DNA of 48,397 bases, from assembly GCA_028821115.1 (NCBI GenBank), contig JAPPHF010000013.1, forward strand, positions 1-48,397, written 5' to 3'. The translations under genes and the position numbers were made by a program. The number at the start of each line of letters is the position of its first letter. Position 1 is the stretch's first letter. The DNA is from Deltaproteobacteria bacterium. Its GTDB lineage: Bacteria > Desulfobacterota > Binatia > UBA9968 > JAJDTQ01. Below, piece after piece: positions 44,266-48,397 of the stretch. The notes beneath the pieces are model-generated. The model was not told where the DNA came from and ran no database searches. It saw nothing but the letters and a program-made list of their open reading frames with translations.

Positions 44266-45804
44266 CTATTCGGCCTCGGCCGCATGGATCGCGCGTACGG
44301 TCTCGATGGTGTCCGCCTGTTCGGCGCGCTTGTCGGGCCGGTACCGCTTGACGCGGGCGAATCGCAGCGCCAGACCGGCCGGGTACTGCGGGCTCGCCTG
44401 AAGGTCGTTGAAGGCCACCTCCACCACCACCTCCGGCCGCACGTAGACCGTGTGCCGGTCCCGGGCGGTCTCAAGCCGCTGCAAGATCTCCGTCTGCTCT
44501 CTGAGCATGGCGTCCGTCAAGCCCTTGAAGGTCTTGCCCAGCATGACGAACAAGCCGCTGGACGGGTCCCGGGCGCCCAGGTGCAGGTTGCTGAGCCAGC
44601 CCTTGCGGCGGCCGTGGCCCCACTCGGCGGCGAGGACCACCAGGTCCAGGGTGTGCACGCGCTTGATCTTGAGCCAGTTGCGGCTGCGCTCGCCCGCCTC
44701 GTAGAGGGCGTCCGGGGCCTTGGCCATGACTCCCTCGTGGCCGGCCGACACGGCCGCGACGAAGAAGGCATCGGCCGCCGCCGGGCTGTCGGTGATCATC
44801 CGGGGCATCCGCAGAGCCGCGGGCACCGTGGCGGCCAGGGCGTCGATGCGTTCCCGGCCGGGTGCGTCGATCAGGGTGTTGCCATCCAGGTGGAGGCAAT
44901 CGAAGAAGTACGGGGTCAACGGCAGCTCGCGGCGCAGTTCGGCGACGTCGAGCTTGCGGCCGAAGCGCCGCATGGTGGTCTGGAACGGGTGGGGCTTGCC
45001 GTCCGGCCGAAAGGCCAGCACCTCACCGTCCAGGATCAGAGCCCCGGCGCCTAGCGCACGCACCGTCTCCACCAGTTCGGGCACGGCCGCGGCCACGTCC
45101 CGGAGTCCCCGGGTGAACACCGCCACGTCCGACCCGACCTTGTGCACCTGCACACGCGCCCCGTCCATCTTGTATTCCAGGGCGGCGGTTCCGAGCTGCC
45201 GCAGCGCGTCGGCGACGTCATCGCAGGGTTGCGCGAGCGCCGGCAGGATGGGCCGCCCCGGCGTCAACTGGAAGCCGCTCAGGCTGGCTTCTCCCTGGAT
45301 CAGCGCAACCGAGGCCACCTGCCCGAGGGAACCGTTGACGAAGTAGGCCCGCCGCACGGAGCGGGACGGCAGGCCGGACGCCTTGGCCACCGCCTCCATC
45401 ATGACACCTTCCAGGGCGCCGTGGCGCATCTCTCCCATTATCAGGCGTTGCAGGAACTCCCGTTCCGTTGCCGAGGCGCGCGCGAGCAACCCGGCCAGGA
45501 TCTCTGTCCGCCGCGCGCCCGATCCGGAGCCCGTGGTCCGGCGCACGTTCTCGAAACACGCGTCGGCATCGGCCAGGGTCAAGACACCGCTTTCCGAAGG
45601 TGCACAGGCCAGCGCGTCCTTCAGCATGGACCAACCGATGCCGATCTTTCCCTGCGGCAGCTCGCCGCACAGGTACGCGACCGCGATGGGGATCTCCCCC
45701 AGCTCCAGGCACCGCAGGCACTCGGCCAGGTGTCCGATCTTGGCCAGCCGGCCGGCGTTCCGGGTTACCCGGGCAGAGAGGTCGGTGAGTTCCTGAAGCT
45801 TCAT
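44266..45804 (-). CDS. ATP-dependent DNA ligase (LigB-like)
   Basis: Motif I EYKMDGARVQVH; LDGE; FDCL; EGVMAK; WLKIK; ALRFARV. Confidence 0.95.
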   Translation of the reverse strand: MKLQELTDLSARVTRNAGRLAKIGHLAECLRCLELGEIPIAVAYLCGELPQGKIGIGWSMLKDALACAPSESGVLTLADADACFENVRRTTGSGSGARRTEILAGLLARASATEREFLQRLIMGEMRHGALEGVMMEAVAKASGLPSRSVRRAYFVNGSLGQVASVALIQGEASLSGFQLTPGRPILPALAQPCDDVADALRQLGTAALEYKMDGARVQVHKVGSDVAVFTRGLRDVAAAVPELVETVRALGAGALILDGEVLAFRPDGKPHPFQTTMRRFGRKLDVAELRRELPLTPYFFDCLHLDGNTLIDAPGRERIDALAATVPAALRMPRMITDSPAAADAFFVAAVSAGHEGVMAKAPDALYEAGERSRNWLKIKRVHTLDLVVLAAEWGHGRRKGWLSNLHLGARDPSSGLFVMLGKTFKGLTDAMLREQTEILQRLETARDRHTVYVRPEVVVEVAFNDLQASPQYPAGLALRFARVKRYRPDKRAEQADTIETVRAIHAAEAE

Positions 45805-45819
45805 CAAGAGGCCTCGCCA

Positions 45820-47043
45820 TCACAGGCGCAGGGCGTAGAGGGGCACATACACCTCATCGGACGACAACCCGCCGTGGTTGCCCCTGTGGACCCGGGCCTT
45901 GGTCAGGGAAGCCGCAACCTGAAAGGCGTAGTCGTCCCGGGCCAGCAGAACGTAGTCGCCCACTCTGCTCCGCAGAGCGGGATGGGGTCGACCCGGCCCA
46001 AGGAGCCCGCTCCCCAGGAGCTCCTCCCCGGTGAGGCACACGCACGCTTCGGCCAGATGCCGGGCCAACACGTCGTGGAACCGCCCCACCCGCCCCGGAC
46101 GGACGAAGCACGACACCTGCCGGCCATCCCCCGCGGGAAGCAGAGTGAGACAATCCAGGAGACCCGGCACCGCGGCCAGATCGATCCGTCTGGGGGGCGG
46201 CGAGTCCACCACCCCGTGGTCCGCGGTGACCAGGAGAAGGGTGCCGGTACCGGCGAGCCGGTCCGCGAGCCTCCCGAGAGACTGGTCGATCTCGGCCAGA
46301 TGACTTCTCGTTTCCCGGGCCTGAACGCCCTTGGTGTGACAGAGCGTGTCGTACAAGGGCCAGTAGACATACGCGACCCCGCGTCCCCCTTCCCGGGCGA
46401 AGCGGACAGTCTGACGCTCCATGCCGGCCAAGGTCCTGTAGGCGCCGTAGCCATTCCAGCGAGTGCCCGCGTTGGAATAGGCGCTTTCACCCAGTGTGCC
46501 GAAGGAAAGCAGCCGCTTGTGCCGGCGCAACGACGACAGGTACGACGGCAACCCAAGGTAGCGTCTCAGATTGTAATCGTCCCTGGTCATCCGGGTTCCC
46601 GTAAGAGTCCGCCCCGGCAAGACCGCGCCGACCAGGCCCAGGTCGTGGAAGTGCAGATGCCAGCTCAGCACACCGTGCTCAGCGGGGGTAGCACCGGTGG
46701 AAAAGGTCGTCACCGCCGCGGCCGTGGTGCTCGGAAAAACCGTCGTAATGCGCTCGAAGGGATGCTTCGAAAAGAACCGGTCACCGCCGCCCGCGGCCAT
46801 GAAGCGCGTCAGTTGATTGAAACCCACGCCATCGAGGAGCAGGTAGACGATTCGCGAAGCACAGTCGAACAACCTTGGATCCAGGACCTTGAGCCTGGGA
46901 TGAGGAGAGGCTCCACCGAGCGAGTGGATGATGGACGAGAGCAGGTTCACGATGGAGCCGCCCTGGTAGTCGGGCAAGTGGAACCCACCCGCCGTTTGCA
47001 AGTGATGGAGGATGCCGGCACGGCTGGTCTGGGGCTGTGTCAC
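45820..47043 (-). CDS. Alkaline phosphatase superfamily (nucleotide pyrophosphatase-like) protein; start uncertain
   Basis: LLDGVG, FPSTTAAA.T...TG..P.EHG, D...H..G, TADHG, GNHGGLS..E..VP. Confidence 0.85.
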   Translation of the reverse strand: MTQPQTSRAGILHHLQTAGGFHLPDYQGGSIVNLLSSIIHSLGGASPHPRLKVLDPRLFDCASRIVYLLLDGVGFNQLTRFMAAGGGDRFFSKHPFERITTVFPSTTAAAVTTFSTGATPAEHGVLSWHLHFHDLGLVGAVLPGRTLTGTRMTRDDYNLRRYLGLPSYLSSLRRHKRLLSFGTLGESAYSNAGTRWNGYGAYRTLAGMERQTVRFAREGGRGVAYVYWPLYDTLCHTKGVQARETRSHLAEIDQSLGRLADRLAGTGTLLLVTADHGVVDSPPPRRIDLAAVPGLLDCLTLLPAGDGRQVSCFVRPGRVGRFHDVLARHLAEACVCLTGEELLGSGLLGPGRPHPALRSRVGDYVLLARDDYAFQVAASLTKARVHRGNHGGLSSDEVYVPLYALRL

Positions 47044-47150
47044 AGCCAAGGAAGATAGAATAGGGAGAGCCCTTTCAACAACCGCCCTTGACTCCCTGCG
47101 GAGAAATTTGAGATGAGAAAAACAGTCCGCGGGCAAAGGAGGAGGAGGCA

Positions 47151-47969
47151 ATGGTCATACGCGAAGTCGGTGACGGTTCAACCTACGTGAGCACTCAGGA
47201 AGAACACGCCGAGCTGTCGGCTCAGTTCGCGGCCCATTGGGGGAACGACCGGTTCCCGCGGCTTCGGCCCTACGACACCATGGTCTTCGCCACGACGTAC
47301 CACGACAGCGGTTACCGGGAGTGGGAAGGGCTGCCACGGATGGACGTCGAAAAGGGCCGGCCCTACGGACACCGGGAGAGAATTCCGGGGTTCGAAGCCA
47401 CGGAGCTCAAGGCCTACCGGCGGAACGTGGACTGGGTGCGCGGCCACGACCTTTACGCGGGTTTGCTCGTGTCCATGCACCGCACAGGTTTGTGGCGCGG
47501 CCGCTACGACGTCCTGACCAGTCCGAAACCGCGAATCCGGGATCTCAGCAGCGGCGTCCGGACCGTTCTGGGCGAACTCGAGGAGCAGCAGCAACAGGAC
47601 AAGGACGCCCTTGCCGCCGGGAACTCGGGATTCGAGGACGAGTTGTGGATCAACTACCGCATGCTTCAGCTCTTCGACCTGCTGTCGCTCTACTTCTGCT
47701 GCGACGGCTACGGCGACGACGGTTTCAAGGAAGAATGCCTGGCGCCCATCCCTGCCGGCTACGCGCCCGACGACGCTGTCGAGCTACGGCTGGCAGCCAA
47801 TTCCGATGGCTCCGTGAAGATGGATCCCTACCCCTTTGACACCGCCCCGCTACGTGTCTCCGTGCGGGCCCGGCGGATGCAGCCCGGGCAGTACGAGTCC
47901 GAAGGGGACTGCCGAGCAGCTTACTACAAGACGCCGGCGACCCTGCTGCACTTCGACATCACCGACTGA
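47151..47969 (+). CDS. DUF3891 family protein
   Basis: Strong GGAGG RBS; Q..HA.LS...AAHWGN...HD.G...W; YAGLLVSMH; D.LSL..C; PYPF. Confidence 0.8.
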   Translation: MVIREVGDGSTYVSTQEEHAELSAQFAAHWGNDRFPRLRPYDTMVFATTYHDSGYREWEGLPRMDVEKGRPYGHRERIPGFEATELKAYRRNVDWVRGHDLYAGLLVSMHRTGLWRGRYDVLTSPKPRIRDLSSGVRTVLGELEEQQQQDKDALAAGNSGFEDELWINYRMLQLFDLLSLYFCCDGYGDDGFKEECLAPIPAGYAPDDAVELRLAANSDGSVKMDPYPFDTAPLRVSVRARRMQPGQYESEGDCRAAYYKTPATLLHFDITD

Positions 47970-48342
47970 AACCCGCCGCCCCGTGGCACTTCCCCTCCCG
48001 CTGCTCGAACTCAAAGCGGTATTGTAGCGCGGACCCGGTTAGACGCGATTTCCGTAATTGACCGGGCGAGTCCTCTTGGTGTATACACCGGCCGTACCAA
48101 TTGGTACGGCACCTGAAAAACGGCGAGTAGCCTGCAAGGAGGTAGGCTCTTCGTGGATCTATTCACTCGGACAATGGGGCTTTGTCTGATATCTGTTTCG
48201 TTGTTCGTCTTTGTCGCGCTAAGCCCTACGGCCCCGTTACGGGCTGGCGTAGTCGGCCTGAACGATGCCCATCTGGCCGTATGGAGACTACACAACGATG
48301 AACCCATACAGAACCCGAAGTTTGCAAAATATGAGGTATCAA

Positions 48343-48397
48343 TGTCAATGGCAACTGAAAACTGCACACTTTTGGCAATCGAAAACTGCACACATTC
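48343..48397. mobile_element. Terminus of an IS21-family insertion sequence, continuing beyond the window
   Basis: Begins TGTCAA, followed by two tandem ~20-nt repeats ggcaactgaaaactgcacac / ggcaatcgaaaactgcacac, characteristic of IS21 ends. Confidence 0.75.

Noticed and set aside
48011-48391. 126-aa CDS
   Set aside because: Starts inside the IS terminal repeats and has no recognisable protein features
48350-48393. CRISPR array from the tandem 20-mers
   Set aside because: Only two units with a 4-nt gap, preceded by TGTCAA; fits an IS21 end, and no cas genes are present

Overview
GC-rich bacterial chromosomal window. Gene content suggests a Deltaproteobacteria/Binatia-like organism (inference only). 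The left ~29 kb is mostly core genome: a partial hydantoinase B gene, a two-gene lower-GC insert, a minus-strand purine cluster (purB-purC-purS-purQ-purL-purF) preceded by dut and an M16 peptidase, the rimP-nusA-ylxR-infB-DUF503-rbfA-truB-rpsO-pnp operon, ntrB-ntrC-thiE, queF-dnaB, aguB-aguA and gltA. The right ~19 kb is accessory: an SDR, an atypical enolase-superfamily enzyme, frameshifted macro-domain and MetE-like genes, a catabolic block (TAXI-TRAP transporter, E1alpha/E1beta without E2/E3, quinone oxidoreductase, DMFase-like large subunit), a DUF4189-like protein, a LysR remnant, a DUF900 hydrolase, an ATP-dependent DNA ligase, an alkaline-phosphatase-superfamily gene, DUF3891, and the end of an IS21-family element. 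Notable non-coding structure: two degenerate copies of the ligase 3' end bracketing the accessory blocks, a 180-bp TA-flanked MITE in the purS-purQ junction, and two REP-like palindrome families. No CRISPR array, tRNA, rRNA, integrase or reverse transcriptase was seen. No novel system can be proven from sequence alone; the best candidates are the ligase-tail insertion hotspot and the E2-less E1/DMFase-like catabolic module.
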